Origin: Octopus sinensis
Lineage: Eukaryota
Length of the DNA: 64,000 bases
Direction: 5' to 3'
Assembly: GCF_006345805.1 (NCBI RefSeq)
Contig: NC_043013.1
Location: forward strand, 49,042,001-49,106,000
Part shown: in pieces, positions 26,962 through 40,551 of the stretch
How positions within the stretch are numbered: position 1 is the first letter of the stretch
Layout: each line of letters begins with the position of its first letter
Notes under the pieces: generated by a model
Databases searched by the model: none
What the model was told of the DNA's origin: nothing
The model's input: only the letters and a program-made list of their open reading frames with translations
Program-made: the position numbers and the translations under genes

Positions 26962-28933
26962 TCACATATAAAGTACATGTTCTCATCTTGGCGGTTCTTT
27001 GCATCAGACCTGTCTTTATTTCCTTTTGTCAACCACAGTTTTCTTTTGTCCCATGAATACATTTTTCAGTTCTCGCATTTCTTTTTATTTCTTCCAAAGT
27101 TACTGTTAGTTCATGCACAGTGTTCTACATCACTTGTTTTTGTTTCTGTTCACCGACCTCGTTCGATCGTTTGACCGTTCCGTTTACGCTTTTGCACAAA
27201 ATGTTTATGGGTGTATCCTATAAATTATTTTTCTTCATACGTTCGGTGCAAAATAAGTTTATGAATTTTTTCAACACATAAATATTCACATTTTTGGTTC
27301 GACCTTTGAACATTATATTACAAATGCGTTCGCCCATGAAATATAATTTTCTTCTCGTAACACCGTATAAGTTTGGTTTACCTATTTGTTACCATGTTTT
27401 CTCATTCATGATTGTGATACCACTTCTCGTGTCTAATTGCATTCTGACACGAGCGTTTTCAATTCTCACATTCACGAATTTTATGCTTGTTATAGTCACA
27501 ACTTTTCCTTTTTTTTTCTTATACGAACAATCTTTTCTCGAGTGCATCCCACTACATGCCATACATGGGTCTGCATCCCGATATTTTTTCTGTCTTTCTT
27601 GCAACACTTAATTTGTATTCCGACTTTTTTACATTGGTCTTATGTGGAAACACTCCGTTAAATTTCTTCCATGTCATTCCTTAAGAAATAGTATTCCTTA
27701 ATTTTAATATCCTATCACACTTTGACAGTTTCTGCAATATCAAATCCTGGTTCATTTCCAGTTTTGGTAGAATTTTCGTACGAATTTCTGCATCCCCTCT
27801 ATCTGTCAATCATTGTGCACAAATCAAACATTTCAAAGAATCTGGAGTAAGCATATCTAGCCTAAATCTCCCACGTTCTTTGTTGACTCTGTCTGCGCAA
27901 GTAGTAAAGTCTTCATCTTCATTCTTTTCTACATTTAAACATTTTCCTCTAATATTAAACGCTGAGCTCTTTTCACTAATCATTTTGCACAAAAATGTCA
28001 ATTGCGTCGGTGAAATTTATGTCAGACGCTTTTTTCACAATATGAAATTGCTATACTTCTCATGTTCTGCTGTCGCTAGTTTTCTTAACACTAGACGCGT
28101 TTTCATATCGTCCGTCTAATCCTGGTACGCTTATTCAAAAATTTGTTCGAAAGTAATCTTCGAAAGTAAGCCTCGAAAGTTACTCCTTCTTCGGGATCAT
28201 ATTTGAATTCGCTTATGGAATTTGTTACATGGTCAAGTGAAAATGTGTTCTCCGGTTTGGTTATCAACTTCGTGAAGTGTAGCATTTGCTGCTACAGTTC
28301 TTGTTGTTCTTGTTATTCCTTGAGTTGTTGTTGCTGTTTTTGCAACTCAACTATCCCAGATAACAAGTCTTCCATATTTTACGATTTTCGTAAATTTGCA
28401 CAAGATTTTTTTTTTGTGGCGGTATTTAATTTTCTACGTGAATTAGTTTAAGCTCTCTATGTGAATGTTTTTTTCCACTCTGCGTAAATTTGTTTTTCCT
28501 CGTCGCCACTGCTGTAAACCAGTCTTTTGCCACTGTTGTATCTGTCTTTTGTCAACATTTGTCGCTCTGATAGATATTGTTATATACCGAAGTCGTCGAT
28601 AGAATGTTTCTCTCTAGCAATTACCATCCCCAGTCGCACAGTGTTATCCTCAAAAGGTTGGATCGTTATAACGTCCAACTCAGTATCACAGTATAAGTAC
28701 TATTTCACCACAGACACAACTATCAACACAGTCTACACGTACCCTCGACCTTCCTGAACTTCTCCTGTCGACCGGCTACTGGTCTATTTATAATGGCTGG
28801 CTATCACCACTTTTTATTGGGAGGGGTGTACAGTTTTATCATACAGCAAATATATACATATATATATAATATATAGTATACACACACACACACGCGTGTT
28901 ATCATTGCACACATACACACATACACACACGCG

Positions 28934-30807
28934 GGATCTTTTCATTTTCGAAGCCAGGACCCCAGATCTTTCTAGTTAACTAAATAATTTTAAACTTCGT
29001 GTGCTGGTAGAGTGTCTCAAAACAAGACACAAGTTGGAACTAGTTTATTTTAGAAAAATCTATTTTATGACTTTAATCGTAGATTAAAACTGCGAATTTT
29101 TAACCAATGAGATTGTTTGTTTTCATATCTAATACGTTACTGCATTCTGTTAGTGTGACGTGGAAAGCTATTTTGTGACGTAGGCAACTGTATGTGTATA
29201 TGTATGTATGTGTGTGTGTGTATGTATCTATGTATGTGTGTGTGTGTGTATGTATGTGTGTGTGTGTGTGTATGTAACACATGGGATGTGAAATGTAAAC
29301 AAAACGATGACATTTTTTACTCGGTGTATGTGTATATGTATGTATGTGTGTGTGTGTGTATGTATCTATGTATGTGTGTATGTGTGTGTGTGTATGTGTG
29401 TGTATGTATGTGTGTGTGTGTATGTATGTATGTATGTATGTATGTATGTATGTATGGCCGATTCAGTGTTTAGTTTTTTCGAGTGAAAACGATGAAATTT
29501 TTTACTCGGTGTATGTGCATCGTTTTGTTTACATTTCACATCCCATGTGTTACATACACACACACATACACACACACACACATACATACATACATACATA
29601 CATACATACACACACACATACATACACACACATACACACATATACATACATAGATACATACACACACACATACATACACACACATACACACACACACATG
29701 CATAGATACATACACACACATGCATACATATACACATACACCGAGTAAAAAATTTCATCGTTTTGTTTACATTTCACATCCCATGTGTTACATACACACA
29801 CACACATACATACACACACACACATAGATACATACACACACACACATACATACACACACATACATACATAGATACATACACACACACACACATACATACA
29901 GATACACATACACCGAGTATTCAGTCGAAAAAACTAAACACTGAATCGGCCATACATACATACATACACACACACACATACATACACACACACATACATA
30001 GATACATACACACACACACATACATACACACACATACATACATAGATACATACACACACAGACACATACACCGAGTAAAAAATGTCATCGTTTTCACTCG
30101 AAAAAACTAAACACTGAATCGGCCATACATACATACACACACATACATACACACACATACACACACACACATAGATACATACACACACACATGCATACAT
30201 ATACACATACACCGAGTAAAAAATTTCATCGTTTTGTTTACATTTCACATCCCATGTGTTACAAACACACACACACACACATAGATACATACACACCAAC
30301 ATACATACACACACATACATACATAGATACATACACACACACATACATACAGATACACATACACCGAGTATTCACTCGAAAAAACTAAACACTGAATCGG
30401 CCATACATACATACATACACACACACATACACACACATACACACACACACACATACATAGATACATACACACATACATACATACATTCATACATATACAC
30501 ATACACCGAGTAAAAAATTTCATCGTTATCGTTTTGTTTACATTTCACATACCATGTGTTTACTACGTCACCAAATTGGTGGTCAAGTCTATGGAGACGG
30601 AGTAAATAATATGAAGCCGAAAGACCGAATACCATTGGTTAAAATTCTAATTATTAAACAATGTTAAACTTAGAAGTTACAATTCCGTTTTCATTCTGGT
30701 TTACAATTAAGTATACTTTTGACACATTCTACCAGTATACGAAGTTTCAAATTGTTTGGTTCAGTAGGAAAAATTTGAAAAAATTGGCTTCGAAAATGAA
30801 AAGATCC
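28934..30807. mobile_element. 1.87-kb non-autonomous TIR element (Merlin-like) with internal inverted satellite array
   Basis: Perfect 23-bp TIR GGATCTTTTCATTTTCGAAGCCA; perfect 8-bp TSD CACACGCG (28926-28933, 30808-30815); shares ACACATTCTACCAGTATACGAAGTTT (30722-30747) with the 4773 MITE. Confidence 0.9.
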
Positions 30808-30939
30808 CACACGCGCACATGCAGACCTGCGCGCACGCACATATCCACACTTATACACACATACCTCCTCTTGCACTCTCCTGTCTTTGAAATAACTTTT
30901 TCTTCACCCATTCCCTTCCGGTCATTCAAAATGTGACCG

Positions 30940-31110
30940 CGTGTGTACCGTTGGTGATTTTTTTCCCTCCGTCTTCGCTTCTTTGGATCTTTCCTTTTCT
31001 TATGTTTCTGACGAAGAGCTCCGCTCGAAACCCTCCTTCTTTCTTTCTTTCCTGTTCCACGTCCTCGCGTTGTGTTTTCATGTTTGGATTAACTTCATAT
31101 ATATATATAT
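30940..31110 (+). mobile_element. Short Penelope-pLTR/retrozyme-like cassette with truncated hammerhead core
   Basis: GTTT CTGACGA A GAGC TCC GCTC GAAAC at 31004-31031 with the cleavage triplet missing; homologous to 57585-57760; ends in (TA)n. Confidence 0.6.
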
Positions 31111-31115
31111 ATATA

Positions 31116-31279
31116 ATTCAAATCAGTTTGGTTCGAGATCCATGCTACTTCAATTTTCGCAAATCTGTAATCCCTTAGGCTGGTGGGATATCCAGGTCGC
31201 ACCAGCCTGAGGACACAGGCTCCATTGGAGACTTGCGAAACTTGAAATAGCAAGGGATCCTAATCAAGCTGTTTGGAAT
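31116..31279. repeat. ~165-nt imperfect foldback hairpin
   Basis: Outer arms attcaaatcag...cgcaaatct / agacttgcg...tttggaat; inner arms ccttaggctggtg / caccagcctgagg. Confidence 0.8.
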
Positions 31280-32044
31280 AATACATGTGAATCCTAGTAA
31301 ATGTGTCGAGTGGCCTTTGTTTCGTTTGTCCACTCTCTCATATGCACACACACACACACACACACGTGTACATAAGCTAACATATATACACATACAGATG
31401 ATTATACATCCATTCATATATTCACACATACACATATACACATACATCTATGTTTACGACTTCTTTTCCCTGTAATACCTACGCCCTCCAAATCGTGTGA
31501 ATCTCTCTCGACAGGTGAAGTCACCTAAACCGTGCTTGCAATTATTTATTCATGAGGTTTATTACTTAGACGACCACGGCTTTTTCATTATATAATCAAT
31601 ATCACACAACTGATGTTATATAATCATTATTCTCTTCCATATTCAGCAACTTGTTAAATCATTCGTTGTTACCCACACGAATGAAGTGCTCCCAGAAACA
31701 TTCTTGCACACTCGCTTTAAACAAAATATTTAATGGGTGAATTTAGTTTATTGTTTTTCGGTGAATATATCATACCGACCGACCAGGCCATGGCGGTATT
31801 CTTCTGAAGTATATCCCTTTGATCTGAATTTAATCAGCTTTCCTTATCATATTAATATATTTTCAACTGATTTTCCATCTAAATTTAATACGATGTCTTT
31901 ATATTCTCTTTTATTTTATAAATCAAATTTTATACTTATTTTAAATTTATAAATTTTAAAATACGCGTATAGAGTTATGTGTGTAGACGTATATGTCTAT
32001 ATATATTCTTTCTATTTGTGTTTGTGTAATGTTGTTGTCTGCAT

Positions 32045-32430
32045 CTCTCTTTTTACTCTTTTACTTGTTTCAGTCATTTGACTGCGGCCATGCTGGAGCA
32101 CCGCCTTCAATCGAGCAACTCGACCCCGGGACTTATTCTTTTTGTAAGCCCAGTACTTGCCGAACTGCTAAGTTACGGGGACATAAACACACCAGCATCG
32201 GTTGTCAAGCAATAATAGAGGGACAAACACAAACACGCATATATATATATATATATACATATATACGACGGGCTTCTTTTCAGTTTCCGTCTACCAAATC
32301 CACTCACAAGGCTTTGGTAAGCCCGAGGCTATAGTAGAAGACACTTGCCCAAGATACCACGCAGTGGGACTGAAGCCGCAACCATGTGGTTGGTAAACAA
32401 GCTACTTACCACACAGCCACTCCTGCGCCT
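32045..32430 (-). mobile_element. SINE family B
   Basis: Near full-length reverse copy ending in ...cagccactcctgcgcct. Confidence 0.88.
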
Positions 32431-32749
32431 ATATTTATCTGTATATTGATGTTTACGCATGCGTTTGCATTTTTATATTTTTCCACTTCATTTTGCATAT
32501 CAAAATTTGCCACGTAATTTTACCACATTTTACCATATTTTTATTGTAGTTTACGACCTCTTAATTTTATTCTTTTTATTCTTTAAATTCACTTTGTAGA
32601 TTTTAATGCGTTTGAACGCGTATTTATATCTGATTGTATAAATTTCTTCTTCTTTTCGCGCGTGCTCGCACATATCTGTGCGTGTAATCATATGCATATC
32701 ATATATATACACGCACACACATTTATAAGAATCTTGTGTGTGTATACAC

Positions 32750-33182
32750 GTGTATATGTATGTATATATGTATGTATGTACGTTGGTATGTATGCATGCA
32801 TGTATGAATATGTGCATGCATGCAGGCATGCTTGTATGTATGTATATATGCATGTATGTACGTATGTATGTATGTATGTATGTATGTATGTACGTACGTA
32901 TGTATGTACGTATGTATGTATGTATGTATGTATGTATGTATGTGCGTATGTATGTATGTACGTACGTACGTATGTATGTATGTATGTATGTATGTATGTA
33001 CGTATGTATGTATGTACGTATGTATGTACGTATGTACGTATGTATGTACGTACGTATGTATGTATGTATGTATGTATATATATATGTACGTACGTATGTA
33101 TGTACGTACGTACGTACGTATGTAGGTATGCATGTATGTATGTACGTACGTATGTATGTATGTATGTACGTATGTATGTAAG
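32750..33182. repeat. (GTAT/GTAC)n compound microsatellite
   Basis: Direct reading. Confidence 0.95.
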
Positions 33183-33725
33183 TACTGTATATGCCTAAAC
33201 CATTTTTATCACTTCATTTATATTATCATTAAATTTGCGGTTTACGAAGTGGTGACAATATTATGCTGGCTGGTCGTCCAAACTTGCCAGTAAGATTGGT
33301 TGTGTTGACAGTAATAATTTATTACAGTGTACGTCACTGATAAACTCTTGACTGGTAAATATATCTAATTGTCTATCCGATTGAATTGTCATGTGTCTAC
33401 CAACAAAATCTAACGTTATTACTATTGTTGCTGCCCTCAGCAAATAAACCGATTGATTAGTTGTAATTCAAATCACCTCCTTCCTCAACTAAAATGATTG
33501 CATTATATTCTTTTCTATGAAACACCTGAATTCAATATATATATATTTTCCGCAAACATAGTTTTGCAGAGATTGAATTTACCTGTAAAATATTGCCTGA
33601 TGAAATGGTTCAGTTACTTGATAAGGATAATGTAATTTTATGCAAGATCATGCATTATTGAATACATCGCCATGCTACGGAAACGTGCATAGATCTGTCC
33701 GTTCATATTCCTTTATGATATTATG

Positions 33726-33756
<31 letters not shown>

Positions 33757-33876
33757 GGTCCCGGGTTGAGTCGGGGTTAACCACAGTAAATAAGGTACTC
33801 AATACATAGCAGAGTAAATTCCTGATGATTTCATTTGAATGAAACAGTTCTAGTCCTGTAGAAGCTCCTTCTATAA

Positions 33877-33937
<61 letters not shown>

Positions 33938-34341
33938 CACATTTGTAAGAATTGTATATCCTGGCAAACGCACCCGTCCTTTCGATGGTTTAAGTTGCTT
34001 TGTTGGTTTTTATCACCAAATAATTGAACTGCCGAGGTTTATGAGTAGCACGGCAATCTATGTTTCCGATTAACCTAGGAGCAGAAAACCAAATTGAAGG
34101 CTGGTTATTGTGCAGGTTCTTGTACTTTAATGATCTTGTAAGTGATGCAAAGTAGAACGGTTGTAGTGTTTTGGGAGTTGATTACGGATAATGACTACAA
34201 AATATAGCTGTTTTACATGAAAGCGAACCTTCTTGTCAGAAAGAGTTACATAAATGGTGTAAGAAAATTGAAAGAAAGCGTTGAAACTTGCCCTCTGCGA
34301 GTGTGTGGGTGTGTGGGTCTGTGTGTATGTACATACATACA

Positions 34342-34436
<95 letters not shown>

Positions 34437-35057
34437 ACAATAAAGATATTCTCTTATATCACAAAATACCAAACGTTATTATCGTGTTAGAAAACAGAGA
34501 GATCTAATGGATACAAATTAATTTATTGATTAATTAGCATATTCACCTACAATTGTTTCAATTCACAAGCAAAATTAAAAGCACAAAACATATATAAATA
34601 TATAATTTTGCATCATAAATACCTTGTATAGAAAATCATCAGGGTGTACAAAGGACAATAGAAGGAATATATTAAGATACGTTTGGAATACACCGAATGT
34701 AGACATGTTTATTAAGAGTGTATGTATATGGGTGTATGCACGCATGCGTTAAAATTATTTTTATTGTTACTAAATAAAGATAAAAGTAACAATTTTAACG
34801 CATACGTGCACACACATATACATGCACTCATAATAAATATGTCTTTATCTCCTGAGTATTCCAAACGTTTCTTAATGTAATCCTTTTATTGTCTTTTGTA
34901 CACTCAGATGATTTTCCATACAAGGTATTTTTAATGAAAAATTATATATTTATATATGTTTAGTACTTTTAATTTTGCTTGTGAAATGAAATAAATGTCG
35001 ATGAATATGTTAATTAATAAATCAATTTGTATCCAATTATAATAATCGATAATAATG

Positions 35058-35097
<40 letters not shown>

Positions 35098-36684
35098 CTA
35101 AAGCGCAACAGAAGACAATAAAAACATTCGGACAGATAGACGATACAAAGGCGGACAAGAGAAACAAAGGACAGACAAAAAAAGACGGGGCATTCGGGGC
35201 CTTCTTTCTTCAGTCAAGTACTAGACGTCACGATCATTTCTGGCAGTTACACTTGAGATGTTTAATCTGATCGCCCCCCTCCCAATCTAAGCTAAGTGCA
35301 TTAGACCCCTTTGTAAGAAAGCTAACGAATGTGTACGACAACAAAGACAAAAAACGGAGAACATGGTACACAATTACAAATACAAACAACAAGAAGTAAC
35401 AACAGGTGTCTTTCGACTGAGAATGAATCAAATTGAGCTGGCATGTATGAAGTGAAAGCCTAAAGGCAGGAACATGGGAGATGGACATAAGAGGTGTTGA
35501 CAGTCGGCAGTCAGGCCAAGAAAGAAAGATCATGGCTGGCCAGACACCGGTCACGTAGAAAGAGGATTAAAAATAAAATCAAAGACAAAGAGAAAGTTAC
35601 AGGAGAGTTAAACGAGTGGAAAATAGTGTGAGTTAAAGAAAAAGAGGGCCAAGAAATATAAGAGAGAGGGGGAGCGAGAAAAAGAAAAAGGAAGAAAGTG
35701 AATATCTGCTAACCTGGTGACTCACATTTTCATTTTCCTTTCCTAGATAGCAACCAATGAACGCTCTTCTATGAATTGTGTATCGGCATCAGTCGATCTT
35801 TATACTTAGACATCCGATATGTGTCAAAGATTTATTCTAAAACCCAATCTAAATCCAATTTCCGTGTCTTGTCCCTGATTATATTCCTTCATAGCTTACG
35901 TTCTACTCACCCTTACATACTACCTCACTCTTTTGGACCTGCTTGCTTTCCTGTTTTTTTCTTCTTTGCCTCTCCACCTGTGTCTCTACTTCACCGTAGC
36001 TACCTCTACTTGTTCATGTGGTAACTTGTGCTCCTGATGTAGCACTTTTGCTTGTGATGGGGAGAAACTAATGTCAGCGACTCATCAACAATGGCAAAAT
36101 CGTTGTGTTTATCATCGAATATGAAAGGATAAATCAGTAATAAAAATTGCTTCTGACTTTCTCAGTTACATGAGTTACATAAATGATATTCAAGGGAAGA
36201 CTGTGCGTTTCAAGAAGCTGTTTACCATAACCTAGTGATATACAAGTACTTTTTTAAATTTCAATTTTAAAATTATATATTCACGTGTGTGACTGCATAT
36301 ATGCATACATGTGTAGGTGTGTGAATGTATGCGCGCGCATTTTTGAGCACGTTTGTGTATATAAGTATTCAAAGCTATGTCTTATGTCCAATCTTGTGTT
36401 GGAGGGACGAGGAAGTCCTGCAGTAAACCAAAGATAAGTTGTTGTAGCGTTTACTCTTGTCAACGATGACATCAGTAATGCAAAGGAGAGTATATACTGC
36501 ATGGGAAACAGTCCAGTGTTTAACTAAAACAAAAAAAAAAATTATGTGCTTTTCTATATGCGTGTGAACTCATGTAATTTAGCCTATAAGGGAATGATTA
36601 AAACAAAGCAGGGGTAAGCTTCTGGTGAACCAAGTCCGTGATTTATTTTGGATGCTCGTTTCTTTCTCTGTTGTTGCATAATTA

Positions 36685-37745
36685 CACTGGTCACCAATAA
36701 CAAAAAATTTGAAATGATGTCGAGACACCAAGCATCTTTCTTTAGCTAATTTGAGGGAGCTGAATCTGAAAATAAGCTTACTTTTCCTTGATTAGCTACC
36801 GTTTTTGCTGTACAGAAATGCCTCATTTTTGGAAACAAAGCTTTTTTTTTTCATTTGTTTTCTCTATATTTGATATTGTTCGATGGCAAAGTTTCTCAAA
36901 GTAAAATCGTAGAAACCTCTCAATTCATATTTAAACCAACAAATATTGCTCTGCTTATTGAGAAATAGTATTTTTGCAATAACAATCAGACCCTAAGTCT
37001 TTAAAAGTAACACAATTGAATATACCAAGACCAACAAGTATTTTCATCAAATCATTAAATAAACTGACAGCAGAAATAAAACCTTCACGAGCATAAGAAC
37101 TATGATAAAAATTTTCTTTTTCTTGATTGTCTGTCACGTCCAATATTATTTAAGTCCGTTTTGATACTCCAGCAGTAGTCAGCCATCACTTGTTTGTCCC
37201 ACCGTACTTGGTAGCGCTCTTATATTTTTTTGATATCCCGATGGAATCGTTCTCCTTGCTCATCACTCACATCGCCGCAATTATCCAGAAATTTATCGAG
37301 ATGGCTATGTAAAAAAAGAACCTTAATACTCATATTAGCGCCTACGTTCTGTAGACTTTTCAACAGCTTTTCCACTAACTCCTTGTAGTTTTCGGCCCGG
37401 TGAATGCCTAACATGTTTTTCACCACGTCAACAAACGATGCCCAAGCGCGTAATTCCATGCCATTCATTGAATTAAGTCAACATACGAAATACTTGCATC
37501 TCACAGTCTGACAAGGTGGCGCCGCGAGCTGATTTAGGTGTATTTTACATCGTCTGTCTGCAGCGAGAGATTTTCTCCATAACAGTGAATGGTTTGTTTA
37601 CAACCCTGGAACTTGCCACTGGCATTTTCGAACTGGTAATAACACTGCTGTCGTTTGTGTGACCCGCCATCTACCCCAATCAAGTACACCGATTGCTGAG
37701 TAATTTGAAGCTAACAGAAATTACTCAGCAACACCTTTACATGAC
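36685..37745 (-). mobile_element. Chapaev-like (CMC superfamily) DNA transposon relic
   Basis: TTA|CACTG terminus; minus ORF 37220-37468 NMSIKVLFLHSHLDKF..NCGDVSDEQGERFHRDI, a motif I associate with Chapaev3 transposases; other end not found. Confidence 0.6.
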
Positions 37746-38708
37746 AAAAGTATTGTCAAATTATTGGCCATAATTAATATTAGGATGCTAATTAGAATCA
37801 ATATAAATCAACATAAAATCACTTTTAATTAGGTTTTAATACTCATTGCATTAATTATAACAACGTTAACTTGAGTTTTGTTTCTCATACGGTAATTTCT
37901 CTTGTTAACAAAAGTGTGGTTAATTATATCGGTATTAAATATTCTAATTATGCTGGGAAATTAATTAAAATTGAGAATTGCAATGATTTTACTTAGAAAG
38001 TAAAGGGAACCCTTAATCAAATTATTAGTTTACCATTTCTGTCAGTTATTTTGGAACACTTTATTGAGTTTTAAAAATTATACAGAATATTGATTTTTTA
38101 TTGCTTCACTCCAAATGAGATATATCTATATCAGGTTAAAATATATTTCAGCTTGAGGCTACAGTAATGATTAACATATTTGCTTCCCAATCACGAGTTA
38201 CCGGCTTTGAGCATTCTGCATGACTCTTTGAACGAATATCGTCTCCTGGTCTCTCTAAGCTCTTTGCATAAATTTGTATGCAAGTCTCTCAAATGGACTA
38301 TACTTGTTTTTCAAATACCAGCTTTGTCATATGGTGTTACAGTAATTTTACCTGAAGATTTCGTTCGAGGAACAAATGTTTGTTGAGTAATGTACCACTT
38401 ACACTATACCATTAAAACCATTGACCGAACAACTATAACACTCATGGCCAAAACCAACCTGAGATATATCATTTCAGCTTGAAAATATTTTAACCGCAAA
38501 AAATAGCTTCCTTCTTTAATAACACTCTTCAATAACTGACTTTGGGAAAAACAAAATTGTTTGTATTTTTAATAATTTCAATAATGGAAATTGACATTTG
38601 ACTCATAACTTACTTTAAAAAAAATCATGGCAACTAAATTTGTTTGCAATTTTTAAGCCTTGTACTGGAGGATTATTTTCATTTTATACACTTTATTTTT
38701 TTTCACAG

Positions 38709-38801
38709 GCATTCGCTATATTTTGTGGTCTTGGTATTAACAATGCCATACTCTATGCGGAAGTATCATTGGCTGCTGCCAAGCAGCAAGTTGCTCTTGA
38801 G
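38709..38801 (+). CDS. PDE11A: PDE11-like exon B: AFAIFCGLGINNAILYAEVSLAAAKQQVALE
   Basis: ttttcacag|GCA...GAG|gtaaat; 93 nt, phase 0/0; follows a 27.4-kb intron. Confidence 0.95.
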
Positions 38802-40500
38802 GTAAATTTAAATCTGCTTACATTATTTATATTTGTTCTTTCTACAATGGATTTGTGTTTACTATAATTCTCATCTTCATCCTCTATACATCAAAGTCCG
38901 GATGGAAACAGAAATTATTCTAGAGAAAATGAAAAGGAAGGAATTAACTAATCAAATGCTAACTATGGACTCTGTACACGCATCCTAATTACATGAATTT
39001 GACGAGGCAGACGGACGATTATGGAACGAGATATATGAAGCAGTGTTTCTGCAAATTAATTAAAATAAATTACATTAAATTAGACATAGACGCTAAAATC
39101 AGAAATTAGTCCGAAATCATCCCGACAAATACGTAGCAATACTTGAAAATTATAAGTTAAAACAAAAATGAATAGAAAATTAGAAAATGCTTAAAATAAG
39201 TTAATGTTTTAATGTATTACCCATCCAAGTTATAAAATCTAGATTAAATATAATAAGTTTTCAGGGGAAACTATTAACAATATTCTTAAGCAGCGGCCCT
39301 AAAGCTGATGTATATAAATATAGCAATGCAGTACATAAGGGCTTGAGTTATAATGCAAATTGTGAATTGTTCCAAAGTAACAGCAGTGGAACGAGAAAAT
39401 GTTTAGAAGCAAACAAATACAAGCAGATTACTGTGATGGGAGATATAATACAAATGAGGTGCAAACTGGAAGCCAACCACAGCCAAGAAAAAATTAGATA
39501 AAGGCAATGATAACAAAAATGGTTTCAGAAAGAAGAAACTATGAAATGAAAATGTCTAGAATGTGCTAAAGTAAAATGAAGAAGGTATTTCATAGTAAAT
39601 TTTCTACAAGACCCGAAGAGTGGAAGTAAATAAGAGTCATAGGCTAATATGTTTTTAGAATTAATGGGTCAACAGAAGAATAAAAGATTTTAAGTACACA
39701 GGGTTGACGCCTATTCACAAATAATGAGAAAAACACAATAATATAAGAAAACAGACTAACAAGGGCAGATTATGCAACCATGGCAGATTAGACCTGGCTT
39801 TTGCCAAGTCAGTGACTATACGCAGACAACTGAGTGTGTTCAATAGGCTGTGGACCTGACACATCGACGTGAGAATTGATAAAATTTAATACTAATATCT
39901 ATCAACGAGTGTATATGGCAACGACTATCAATCTGGATTATCCTTGTTCCGACCACAAAGAGATCAAGGTAAACCATTCAAATAAGATTATTAGTGACTG
40001 GAATATGTTTTTTTGATTTGATTAACATTTCGATCTCCTCTGTCAAAAACTGCCAAATCTGATACCACTTTTAAATAAATAGGACATGGGCTTACTCAGT
40101 TAAAAAATGGCCCTGCTAAAGCAGTCTGCGCCCTACACAAGATAATTTTAATTCAATAGGAGAATCCAGAGTACTATCAGAAAACATATAAAACCACCAC
40201 CCAATGCAGAATCGACTCCTGATGCTAGAACACCAACGATTCAACCTTCTGTACATCTGCACCTAATAATATGCACAACCCACATGAACCAAGCCACACA
40301 TACCTTATACAATCATCACCTGAAACTGAAATGCATTAGACAATTCATAAAACAAGTCGCCGTCCAATTATTTGAAACCAGGGATCATAGGTGGTCGTAG
40401 GTGTTGCTAGAAATATCAATCAAAACATCTTTTAATTGCAGCCTACATTTCTTTTGTTCAGAAAGGTCACATTGTATAATCTTTGTTTGTAACATTGCAG

Positions 40501-40551
40501 ATGCTGTCTTATCATGCTTCGATAACACCAGAGGAACTAATGAAACTGAAG
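40501..40551 (+). CDS. PDE11A: PDE11-like exon C: MLSYHASITPEELMKLK
   Basis: cattgcag|ATG...AAG|gtaagt; 51 nt; LSYHA motif of the PDE5/6/11 linker. Confidence 0.92.

Larger units (their letters stand above)
25440..28848 (-). mobile_element. Decayed Ty3/Gypsy LTR retrotransposon (RT/RH region deleted or unrecognisable)
   Basis: Related LTR segments 28513-28848 and ~25440-25589, both starting TG on minus. PBS TGGCGACGAGG near 28498-28508; PPT GAAGGGGGAGA at 25590-25600. Gag-like FKYDPEEGVTFEAYFRR, protease MQLDTRSGITI, integrase SNGWAERFVDTFKR. Confidence 0.82.

Noticed and set aside
29190-30560. Repeat-and-spacer array that superficially resembles CRISPR
   Set aside because: The 'spacers' recur and the variable parts are microsatellites; the host is eukaryotic, there are no cas genes, and the array lies inside a TIR/TSD-bounded element.
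33815-33862. Hammerhead candidate CTGATGA...GAAAC...GTC
   Set aside because: The core is present but stem I does not pair and stem II closes with a U-U mismatch; at best a decayed relic.
35185-35216. Minus-strand CTGAAGA...GAAT hammerhead candidate
   Set aside because: GAAA is mutated and neither stem I nor stem II can be paired.
40462-40500. Upstream alternative acceptor for exon C
   Set aside because: The 39-nt extension contains an in-frame TAA.
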